A stretch of DNA of 64,000 nt, taken from NCBI GenBank assembly GCA_003693705.1, contig RBZT01000409.1, positions 1 to 64,000 of the forward strand, read 5' to 3'. Below, piece after piece: positions 1 to 10,327 of this stretch (the stretch's first letter is position 1; the number at the start of each line of letters is the position of its first letter). This stretch comes from Polymyxa betae A26-41. Its lineage: Eukaryota; Protista; Endomyxa: Phytomyxea. A program made the position numbers and the translations under genes. Below the pieces are notes generated by a model. The model did not search any database. It saw only the letters and a program-made list of their open reading frames with translations, and had not been told where the DNA came from.

Positions 1-59
1 AACTAGCTATGGAGCGTCCTTCTCTGACCTCTTGCATACAAGCTTTCGAGCCTTTTATC

Positions 60-560
60 CGCACGATCTTCCGGTGTTAAGACAAGTAGATCCGACTCAG
101 TGGCTACCATTTCAGTTTAGATATCCAATCCCGTGTCTCTCACACCGGACCAAGAAATCATTATCGATAACTAAAAGACTTCTAAATTGTTTCGCAGAGA
201 AAAAAAATGAAATTTGGGGATTCAGAGCATGGTGTCGTGACACACAGCATCCAAAACCTAAACCAGGTTTGCGAAGTCTTCGTCTATAGTATTTCGCTCT
301 ATCTCTCTCTAGTTCCATTCTTCCTCTCCCTCCTTCTCTCTCTATACGACTTCCTCTTCCAGTGGGCTGCGCGCGCATCTCCAGGCTCCCGGGTCGCGGA
401 CTTCGGCAGTATGTTACGGAATTCTCATCGCCTGTCCATCCGGACAAGGCTGCCTACCATCCGGTACCGTACATGCTGCTATTCAAGAGCAGACATGCAG
501 GCGGAAAGCTCCGATTTTACATGAATTTTCATTCAGTTTGCGGGTTATTAGAGGAATAGC
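60..560 (+). mobile_element. Degenerate Ty3/gypsy retrotransposon relic (gag-like and RT-start-like fragments)
   Basis: The translation LPVGCARISRLPGRGLRQYVTEFSS resembles the retrotransposon gag motif (FLP...AR..L.RL...GSVREYV.EFSS). It is followed by LLFKSRHAGGKLRFYMNF, which resembles the RT N-terminal LFVKK.DGKLR.C.DY. Broken by stops, frameshifts and a CT-rich insertion. Confidence 0.4.
295..347 (+). repeat. CT-rich low-complexity tract
   Basis: ctctatctctctctagttccattcttcctctccctccttctctctcta. Confidence 0.6.
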
Positions 561-2324
561 TCTGTTAATGTAGATTGACATATTCTCTCAGATTTAGCCG
601 CAGCAACAGCTCCATCTCCGGCTCCTGTCCATGCGATCCGGTCGCTTTGGTCACCTCAACGTAACTCCGAGTTCAACGACGATATTGAAGAAGAGAAAGA
701 CCAGGATCCAAGAGTTGGTTTCGAATTGCCTCACGCACTCAAGAAATGGTGCTGGGAGTTGAGAGTAGGTTGATATGAATATTGCGGAAGCGCGAATGCT
801 CAATATTTTTTAGGACAATCTGTGAGGATGCTCTCTCAACCTGCATGCTCCATCTTCAATCTATCAAATCCTACATATTATTTGCGGGAGCCGCACGCTT
901 TTTCGACCGAATGCTGACGGTGGTCATTACATGACTAAAAGAATACTCCTATACAGAAGTGATAGCAAAATTAAATAAATATTCTGTCACGGGGAAAACC
1001 TTTCATAGATGCAAAGTTTCGTTCTCTAAACAAACAACATTTGTCAGTGCTGTTCGATGATCACCAAATTTCCTGAAAATGTAGAGCTTTTGCCGCTGGT
1101 TGCGGCTGTGACACTATTATGGTCGCTGAGCGCAAAAACGACCTCGCGCTTTGTCGAATTACATCGACTCCAGAACCATATTGAAGCCACATTCCCGAAT
1201 GGTTGCATCGGCTTGGCTGCATGTAATCCAGTGTGCCCTGGCGGTGGTCAACAACGATAACAAACGTCACTGGCTAGTGGTTGCTAGCGCAGTCAGCCAT
1301 TTAGGTTAAACCTTTCGGCATTTCAGTCGAGCGAAAAATAAAACCCTAACTACGGTTAGCTGCTCGTCTCTTGCGTAAACAGAAAACGCGCTGTGAAAGA
1401 TCAAACTGCACTGCGATTTCCGGAATGCCTTTTGTTGCTGATTCGAAAATATTCTTTAATCTTGAGTTACAAAATGGCTTTCGAGACCTATAGCTGTCCG
1501 GGTCGTCATCCTGATGATTTAAAGTAGGTTAACAATTATAGCTGAATGGGCTGAGTTCATTACTGATTGCTCATTGAGCATAATTTCAATATCAACTTGG
1601 TGCAATGTCTCCACCAAACCTTGAGGTAATGCGGCAACAACCGCTTGTAGGGAAACCACCATTTCTACTATAATCTTGAATTGCTGTTCAATCCATATAT
1701 TTCGCATCTCTTCAAGAATGAATGCAGATCTTTCGGCTTTTTAAATATCGAGTTTGGAGATGGGCAACTTTCTGGACATATTCATTGCCTTCTATCAAGT
1801 TGAGTGAATGAGATCACTGTAGTTTGGATATACCGGTGTACACCAGATTGTTGGTCGTGTAACCATGTCTCAGCAAATCTAGCTGCTTCCTTCCAGATTC
1901 TGTTAAATTGCCTTTTAGCCTGCTGACTGAAATGAAGACGATCATATATAATCGGTAGCGGAGTGTGTCCAGGGATTCAGAATAAATAATTCCAGGTCGG
2001 AATTATTTCCTGGAATCATCTAATCCAGGCCAAACTGAAAGGAATAAAGACAAAAAATGTGTTCTTCTGGGGAATAATTCAGGATAATTCCTAAAATTAT
2101 CCCTTGGTGGAAGTGGCATTATGGAGAATATTGATATCCCAAAAATGGCGATTCAGTTTCAAGGAAAGTTGCATCTCGATATTTGCGGAAGCAATCGCTA
2201 TGTTACAGGTTGAGCGGATAAATCTTGATACGGATCAATGATTTGGGTCGCTTCAGCTTTTGCAGAATGGCCGTCATAACGTTTATATCGTCACTTGCCC
2301 TGACAAAAACAGCCCCTGGCGGTG

Positions 2325-2344
2325 AGGGTTTAGGGTTAGGGTTT
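2325..2344 (+). repeat. Interstitial telomere-like tract (TTTAGGG/TTAGGG)
   Basis: gagggtttagggttagggttt. Confidence 0.7.
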
Positions 2345-3068
2345 GGAAAACTACTCTGGAATCCATTTCGGAATTACTAACTTCTCATCAAAGAACAAGT
2401 GGGATAATCTATTCTGTTGAACAGAAGATCCGGAATCCCTGATTATGTCGTGCTGAGAGTATAGAGAGTTAGATACTGCGGTAACGAAGCGAAAAGATCA
2501 CGGACTTAATGCTGCAGATCAATAATCCGAATCGAATGTGTAGATCAGTGCTCGTACGGAGTTCTGTATACGTCCCAGATGGTATGCCAATGACATGTTC
2601 GGGATAGTGGAACCCAATCTCGGAGATGGGAGAACACGTTACTGATGATATCTTCCTGGGAACTGGTCTAGACTGTCATGTGATGGTGTTACTACGGACC
2701 CAATCACCTGTAACGATAGCCATGGCGATTGCACTATCACGTTTTCACGCAGATGCTGATTATAGCGGCCCGGGACCATTGTAAGATAACAACTCAGGCG
2801 ATTATGTTACCCCACGGACTGCCCATACTGCCATATTTCAGGCATGGCAACGTTACATGGTAAGAGTATCAGAAGCCCGATATGTAACTCCGTTTAAAAA
2901 CTTGAATGAATCCATCGAGATATTTTAAAATAATTTTTTTTTGAATTTTGATAGTGGGCATTCGCGCGTGGCCTCTCTGTCAGTTGATATTCAAGCCCCG
3001 TGCCGTTACAGATTTTTTCATGATTGAAGGCCAATACGTCCACCACGTGCATATCGCATTCCTGTAAC

Positions 3069-5091
3069 ATGATGCGATTGGTATCGTTGCTGGCTGTGGT
3101 GTCAACTGTGGTGTCCGTAGCGGACCCCGTCATCCCACTTGATTTCACATGGATTGGGACTGATGTTACCATCGATGTAGATCCATCACTAAGTCGAGAT
3201 CTGGGGGCGCGGCCTGCCCTGGCCGACTGTGCTGCCGAGTGCGCCCGCGACCCCAACTGTGAATCGTTACGTTACTCGAGCCAGTCTTGTGTCTTGTTCT
3301 ATATTCGCCCATGTCAGACTGACGGACTATTATCGGCTCCCGGATCAACAGTATTGGAGAAGTCCGCAGATGTTCCTATTGCACCAGATCGAGTCATCAT
3401 GCAAGACATTCCCTGCGGTAATATTCATGTTACCTTTCGTTACATGCGTTTCACGTTACAGTTGGTAACGTGATGGACAGGGCAATACGTGAACGGGACC
3501 GTCATTACCACGTATGAAGCTCAGATCCCTGCCACATTTGATAACGCCATGAACAACGCATTGACACAATTCCAGTCGGACTGTCGTGCTCACTGTGCCA
3601 AGTAACGTTACCACTTCTGCTTTACGTTACCCACGTCTCCTTTACGTTACCCGGCTGTCCACTTTTTCAAACCCCAATCATTATGCGAATATTTTGTGAT
3701 TGCGGTCTTGTAACGTTGTCGAACTGACTTGAGACACGTTACAGGACCACGTTTTGCCAGTCGTACACGGTCGCGATGCAGTACGACGCGGTCCCTGTCA
3801 ATGCCGCACTACGCTGTACAACGTATTCGGATTCGATCTATAGCTCCGTGGACACGATTGTGTCCGTGACGCAATGTAAACGACAACAGTTGACCTACGG
3901 GGTTGTGGGAGGCACCATCTCCCAGCTGAACTGCGGACAACCGTCACGGACTCCGCAGCCGATCCCGACTGGGACTCCAGCTGGGTATGCGATGGTCGGC
4001 AGTAACGAATATATGGACACCGACCCGCAGGCTGTGTATCACGGAGTTCTATCGGCCACTTCCTGTGCTGAATATTGCTCTAATGATGTATCATGTGAGT
4101 CGTTCGTATATTCTTCTAGATGGCAGCAATGTCAGATATATTCTCTACGACATTGTATGATAGCATATTCAAGTATTAGTGGATCATGGACATTCTATGG
4201 AGATATCTATGAGAAGATAGATCCTGTAACTATACCATCCGATCAGATCATATTCCAAACACAATGCGGTAATACTCGACCACCCCATTTCGCATTATTT
4301 GTGTATTCGTCTAACTGGTTCATTTTGGAATGTTTTACTTGAAACGTGGAAACTTTGTGGAACATGTAACGAGGCAGTTGGTGCGGGTTAATGGGCGGCC
4401 TGCTTGACTAAGTGACACGTTACAGGAACATATACTGGTGTGCAGATTGCCAGTGCCGATATCAGTAACAGTACGGATTTCAATCAAGACTGTCATCATC
4501 TCTGCTCTCGGTAACGTCTCACACATCATTCCAAACGTTTCCTTCGTTTCAGTAACGTTGCGTGATTTCCTCTTGCGTTACTCCCTACTATGTTTCATCT
4601 TGGCTCCCATCGCATTGACTGAATTCGTCTTGTCCAGTACGTCGGCGCCATTCTCGTGCATGTCGTGGCAGGTTCAGTACGTCCCCATAGCGATGGGCCC
4701 CAATCTGCGTAATGTTACATGTAACGTGTTTGCGGATTCGCTGTTCCGGACCTCCCCACTGGGCGGGTACTACTCCACACGACGCGGCCTTTGTCCGGAC
4801 AACCCCGGGCAGAAGTCCGTGTACGGCATTCTGGGCGCCGCATCGTCCGTCTTTAACTGCGGTCGAACCCCGCGCCCGACCTCGTCCGCAAAGTCGCCGG
4901 GCGGGCTTGTTCCGGGTCCCGGTGCGGTCAAACCAAATCCGCCACAGCAGCAACAGCAGGCGCCGCCTGTGGACAAGGCTGGGGTCGCCCCAACCCCAGC
5001 TTCATCTCCGCATGATCAGGATTCGTCCCAGTCAGCACTCAGCGTCGTGGTCGCACTGATCACCGCTGTATTGGCTCTGGTCATGTTTTAG
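3069..5091 (+). CDS. Secreted, probably GPI-anchored protein with four PAN/Apple-like Cys-rich modules (two duplicated pairs) and a Pro/Gln/Ser stalk; 5 exons
   Basis: Signal peptide MMRLVSLLAVVSTVVSVA. CxxxC...C.S..Y....C modules: DCAAECARDPNCES, DCRAHCAKTTFCQS, SCAEYCSNDVSCES, DCHHLCSR..CMS. Introns 3418-3480, 3602-3744, 4269-4425 and 4511-4637 keep the frame open. Hydrophobic C-terminal tail SQSALSVVVALITAVLALVMF*. Confidence 0.85.
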
Positions 5092-5186
5092 ACAGCGCAA
5101 TCAGACCTCGTCTGACAATTTCCTAAAGACAGATTCCTGTTGTTTGGTGTAACACGAATGTTGTAGCAGTAGCTCATGTCTAAATA

Positions 5187-5208
5187 AACCCTAATACCCT
5201 AACCCCTA
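5187..5208 (-). repeat. Interstitial telomere-like tract
   Basis: aaccctaataccctaaccccta just after an AATAAA downstream of the PAN gene. Confidence 0.6.
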
Positions 5209-5258
5209 CTGTGCTGCCATCCGACCCGACCAGCTTAAATGTTCTTCATGTCCGTTTA

Positions 5259-5526
5259 GGGCTCGTTTGGCAACCACCACCGGAATTCCGTAGGTGCTAC
5301 GGAATTTCCATTGTCACAATTTGTGGCCATGGACAGGAAAGTAGCGGAAATTTCCCAAGATTTTTTCCGCAGGCAGTGACCTGCGGACAAAATTCGACGG
5401 AATTCCGGCGCCGCCTACGGAATTCCGGTTTCCTCTGTCCACGCTCGCCAAACACTCAAATCGCCGGAAAATCGGAAATTTCCGTTTTTCCGGCGAAAAC
5501 TGCGGACGGTACTGCCAAACGAGTTT
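5259..5526. mobile_element. Tourist/PIF-Harbinger-like MITE
   Basis: TTA followed by GGGCTCGTTTGGCA at the left end; inverted TGCCAAACGAG at 5513-5523. Interior rich in palindromic CGGAATTCCG units. No coding capacity. Confidence 0.75.
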
Positions 5527-5817
5527 TTTGTGCGCGATTTATCACTAATCGTGCACCAAACACGCACCGTTTTTCACGCAAGGAGGTACAATCCCCACCA
5601 GTGTTGCGAATTCCTGCGCGATTGGATACCAAAATACAGAAAATTTATTAAACGCATGCCGGATTCCATGCGCTGAATCCAGCGCAAAGAATCGCGCTGC
5701 GGGATTACGAACGCATGAAAAAACGCACCGGTGGGAAGCGCCAAAATTTCAAGCATGCACTATTTACGCCAAACTTGCCAATCACGCATGATATCGCGCA
5801 ACCGGTGCGGATGCTCT
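5527..5817. mobile_element. Second Harbinger-like MITE, left end truncated
   Basis: Right end GATATCGCGCAACCGGTGCGGATGCTCT followed by TAG (reverse complement AGAGCATCCGC, a Harbinger-type terminus). The left end keeps only the inner part of the TIR (TGCGCGATTTATC), directly against the first MITE. Confidence 0.55.
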
Positions 5818-6699
5818 TAGCCTTGGGATTGTCCAGAGCTAGAAACTGCTCATTTTGACGATGCTGGCCCCCTCGCCATGCGACCCAATCGCGGCATAGG
5901 ATGGCCCTGATTGATCGAGACCATCATTCTGTGTCACCTCTATTTGCGACTATTTACACGTCTTATCTCATACCCAGTATAGTTGGTGGTCACATTCCAG
6001 GGCATTATTTCTATCAAGATAGTTCACTTAACCTGATCTTAACTGTAAGGATTAGAACCTCCTACTGTACTATCAAATCTTGCATGCTTTTGCTAATGCC
6101 ATGTATGACGCAAAATTGAGTCTTATATTGCAGAAGCCCATCTTTCTATCTAATAGTTCTTAGGAATGTTTAGTTACAGAGAACTTTAAGTGATGCACTG
6201 GATCAACCAGAGATCAGATAAATGCAAAAAAAGGGGCTGAAATATCTCTTCCTTTAGAATCCATTATTCCGCTTTGACAATCGAAAAGAGAATCCAAATT
6301 TCCACGTATAAAGAATCACTTCTTAGTCGAGCTCAAAATACACCGTCCAGCCTATTTGTCTGTAGGATGGGATTATGTTGTTCTGGTTCGTATTGTTACA
6401 GGTGGTACAGAAACTTCCTGTACAGAGCCTGATCTTAGTTATAATGATCAGGAGCTCCTACTACCGGATTCGGAACCTTTCCGCCTGAAGCTTTGGACTG
6501 TTTAAACGAGCATTGCTCAGCGAAATCTTCAACAGTTTGTGATTTTTCTATTCGAAAGTGTTGTTTGCAAGGACCAGCGACGACAAATGTCTGCAGATCC
6601 TTGGCATTTGAGTGCTTCAGACGCTGGACGCATTTCACAGAATGACGACGGAGCCTATGAATATGCAGCCAATGAATGCTGGGTGCGACATTGATGTGA

Positions 6700-6780
6700 T
6701 TCGGGAGTTATTCAGATTCCTTCTTGAGAATAATCTATGTCTATAGATCGGGCTGCAGGAATAATTCCAGGATATTATTC
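6700..6780 (+). repeat. Left arm of an ~80 bp imperfect inverted repeat (partner 8661-8743)
   Basis: ttcgggagttattcagattccttcttgagaataatct...gatcgggctgcaggaataattccagga matches the reverse complement of 8661-8743. Confidence 0.8.
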
Positions 6781-6920
6781 AAAGGAGATGTATGTGAAGC
6801 GGTTAAGAGCTGAACAATGCATCTCGCTTGCCTGCAGATTTCGACGTCCAATCAAGCAAACTGTGTGAGCGCATGTTCCGCCTTCACGAAGCTCACCTTG
6901 ACAAGCGATTGCTGCCTGAA

Positions 6921-8649
6921 CATGTCGAGATGGAACGAGGCCCTGTAAATTGGCCTAAAAATGGCCTAATTGTGCCATAATGGCCTAATTTTGGCCTAAT
7001 GCTGAGTGAAAACCCTAACCCTAACCCCACAGCTAACGGAATCGAATTTGCATCTTCTCTTGGGTTGAAAATCAAATTGAGCATACTGCAACCCATGTGC
7101 TGCTCGTTTTCCTAAAATTGGAGAATTGACGCTTACGTCACGCCCTTTACTCAATTAAATACAGTATGCGCTGGGATTCCGATTGTTTTCCTTTATCAAA
7201 AATCAATAAATTGATCAAATTTGATTTTGAACAATCAGAAAGGCGAGATAAAAAGTCAATTGTTAGATGCGACCATGTATTCAATGATTTTCATATTTTA
7301 AACCTGAAAGACGCGTGACAAAATCAGCAACTATCGAATTCTGTGCATAGGTCAGGCACCTATGGAATCGGATTGTCTGCAAGTGTGTTCATCAGATGAG
7401 ATTGGGTCTGCTCAGCTAAATGCAGAAAAGTCTGTAATAGTTACGAGGAGGAAACAGTAACAGCTTCGAACAAAGCGTGTTAAACCCATACCGTTACATC
7501 GACTATGCACAGATATGATTTTCCAAGGGCAGCAAAAGGCATCGCAAACTATCGATGAAGTCAACGCCGAAAAAGAATATTGTGTATTTAGGACCAGCTA
7601 AGTAAAATATTCACTTGTAGCAATCTGCAATCGCACTGTAATGAAGTTTGGAGTAAATTTCCCGCGAGGAGTTTCGCTCCGGCGCAGACTTTTTTTCTGG
7701 AAACCTGGAAAACATTTTTATGCTTACCCGGATTTGACATACAGCCCCAACAACATAGAGAGAGTCGGAACAGGAACACTCATGGACCTGACCACTCAGG
7801 ATTCATTGACTTTGGATTATTCTGAAAAAAAAAATATTTCAAATTATAAAAGAATTCTCAACGTTGTTCAGGTTCAATTGCTTTGCCTTTCAAAACAAGA
7901 ATGCGACGTTAATAATCTTATATTTTGATACCATCCCAAATTCCTCATGAAAGCACTGATGTCTACCTAAATCGCGACCATTTCAGTTCCACATTACCTC
8001 ATTCAGGGCAGTTCCTGACATAGCTCCCTTTCATAGAAGATATTTTCGAAGATCGACAATTATGGCGAAACCACACAAAAAAATTGCTGTAAACGTGTTC
8101 CCAGAAGCGAGGCGTTTCTGATAGAAAACGTTAGCACAATGCAAGCAGTTTGATAGAAAACATTTTGAATCCAGTAGGCAGTGGCGGAACCAGAAATTTT
8201 CCAATGGTCGTAAGGCGAAAGCCTGAAGGAAAATGTCGGAAATTTCGCACAGAGCTGTGGGTGATGACTGAGCAATATACTTTGATACAACCTGATTCGA
8301 GTTTTTTAAAAGGCCGAACGTGACGAATTCAGACATATCAACAAACAAACTAATAAAAACGATGACAGCAAACCATTATTTATAGATGCATAAGACATTG
8401 ACAAAATTGTGCAATATCAATCATACTTCATATTTGTCCAACAAAAATTAAATTCCTATTGGGCAAATTTCTGCCATTTTGGTCAGTTTAGGCCGTTTTT
8501 AGGCCACTTGGCGATTTTAGGCCATTTTTAGGCCATTTCAAACTCGAAAAGTGCGCGGCGGCGATTAGGCCATTTTCAGGCCTTAGGACATTTTTAGGCC
8601 AAATTCCATTCTCCCGATGGAACAATAGGCGTTTTCGTTCCCAACAGTG
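6921..8649. mobile_element. Putative non-autonomous DNA transposon with inverted subterminal repeat arrays (CACTA- or hAT-like)
   Basis: Array of TGGCCTAA(AAA) units at 6951-7000, mirrored by TTTTAGGCCA units at ~8487-8602. The right end reads CACTGTTGGGAACG on the minus strand. AT-rich interior with broken ORFs. Left terminus and TSD not resolved. Confidence 0.55.
7011..7028 (-). repeat. Interstitial telomere-like tract
   Basis: aaccctaaccctaacccc. Confidence 0.65.
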
Positions 8650-8660
8650 ATTCGAATAAT

Positions 8661-8743
8661 CAAAAAAAAATCCTGAAATTATTCCTGCAGCCAGATCGGC
8701 AGAAAAAGATTAATCTCAAGAAGGAAACTGAATCATTCCCGAA
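8661..8743 (-). repeat. Right arm of the inverted repeat (partner 6700-6780)
   Basis: tcctgaaattattcctgcagccagatc...taatctcaagaaggaaactgaatcattcccgaa. Confidence 0.8.
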
Positions 8744-8983
8744 ATTTTTCTGTCATATCGAGATGAATTCGGTTCATTCTGGTATTCAGCAAAATTATTT
8801 CAACCAGGCCCCATCTTCTAAAACTCGGTCTAAGCTCTACTGAATCTGCATTCGAACCAATGAAGAACTTCGAATAGGAGCCTGAATGCTTCCCGAGTAA
8901 TTGTTTGATATGCGTTAGGGATTTAGGGTCTAGCAGCCTGTCGTATTGAATAGCCTCAAGGAACGCCGCTCTCATCACCTATG

Positions 8984-9011
8984 TTAGGGTTCTAAGGGTT
9001 TAGGGTTAGGG
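8984..9011 (+). repeat. Interstitial telomere-like tract
   Basis: gttagggttctaagggttttagggttaggg, ~30 bp past the stop of expansin-like gene 1. Confidence 0.75.
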
Positions 9012-9042
9012 TGAGATTGATATAAAAATCCTATGAAATTCT

Positions 9043-9708
9043 TCATTTAAAAATTTGAACACTGGAAGGCCCATCACAATCTGATAGAGAGAATGTGGCT
9101 TTGCCTCCTCCTTCATAAGTGAATTCGACCTCAGCTGAATCGGTGAACAGATTCTGTCCGCCGGCATTGAACTCGAACCAGGCTCCATTAGACTGCGACC
9201 CGACCTTGCCCGCCAGCTTCGCGGACGTCACGATCTTGCCACCGGTGTTCAGGACGCCGAGAATACGCGAATACCCATCCTGAGCGGATCCCGTCCGATG
9301 GAAGCATCTCTCGCCGCCCGCCAGCGGGTTCTTCGACGACATCTCCACCGTACAGCTGACGATCCCCGGCGATTTATTCCCGGTCGCCTTGTTCCACGTC
9401 TTCTCGATCAAATCAACACCGCAGGAATCCGACCCCAGATTGCAGGTGCTCACAACAACCGCCGAGACGGACGATCCGCCGCAGCTCACATCCAGGACTT
9501 GACCACACAATCCAGGACGGTACTTCAGGGCGCCCAGCGCCGAACCTTGTCCAAGCGCGAGCGCATCCAGGACCTGATAAGACCCGGTTGGCAGCTGACA
9601 CCCACCGGCGTCCGATTGCGTGGACCAGTACGTCCCTTTGACGTCGCTCGCAGCTGATGAGAGCGTGGTGAGGTGAGCGATACCCAATACGATGACGATG
9701 ATCTGCAT
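9043..9708 (-). CDS. Secreted expansin-like protein (DPBB + CBM63-like), copy 1, intronless
   Basis: Signal peptide MQIIVIVLGIAHLTTLSSA. DPBB hallmarks T.W....GGC, ALAL, G.CG.V..V.C, VVVSTC, GVDL. C-terminal beta-sandwich-like segment with aromatics (YSRILGVLN, GAWFEF). Confidence 0.8.
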   Translation of the reverse strand: MQIIVIVLGIAHLTTLSSAASDVKGTYWSTQSDAGGCQLPTGSYQVLDALALGQGSALGALKYRPGLCGQVLDVSCGGSSVSAVVVSTCNLGSDSCGVDLIEKTWNKATGNKSPGIVSCTVEMSSKNPLAGGERCFHRTGSAQDGYSRILGVLNTGGKIVTSAKLAGKVGSQSNGAWFEFNAGGQNLFTDSAEVEFTYEGGGKATFSLSDCDGPSSVQIFK

Positions 9709-10327
9709 GATTAATATCAAAGTTAAATAGAATTGTGAATTGGCGCCCCCGATGAAAGGTTTCCTCTGATGAATCGTTCACCGTGATTCATTCAGCTCAT
9801 TTGAATCACCATCATGGACTCATCATCTTATCGACTGCAGGTCGGGACCAGCTGGCGGGCTCTGCGGATGGTGCTTGTTTCAAGCAGGGATTGTCGTTCA
9901 ACGTCGCTGAGCGAATTGTTCTGCTGTCGTAATGCGAGACTTTCCCCCGGACCTTAACAAGTTTGATTCGTTCGATGATGATCAGGTTTGGCACCTCTCC
10001 GGGTCTTCCATAAAACAGCATTACACAGGATATTAATAGTTGATAAACAAAGCTTCAATCAAATCGTCTCATTCGTTGCTATCAGAGCCATAAAAAGGGA
10101 ATTACCTGATTTCGTGCTTTGAATCTCTACAAAGACGTAGGTTTTGTGCCTATCAAACAAAGGGTTGGTTTGTTCAGGAGTAAAGTATCAGGAAATGAGC
10201 AGATAGAGGATTCTCAAGCCCAATAAACCATACATTAGGGTTTGTCTGACAGCTCACACGACATTCGATAACAATAGACCGATGATAGGCGGTTATATAC
10301 TGATGATGTATACATAGAAGAGATCGA

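Noticed and set aside
1500-2880. Broken ORFs on both strands
   Set aside because: Possibly decayed genes, but no family motif could be recognised
5211-5651. 146-aa ORF
   Set aside because: Starts at GTG and lies across two palindromic MITEs; not protein-like
6951-7000. Short repeats (also 8487-8602 and the CGGAATTCCG units at 5280-5430) as a CRISPR-like array
   Set aside because: No constant repeat-spacer period, no cas genes, eukaryotic context; better explained as TE substructure
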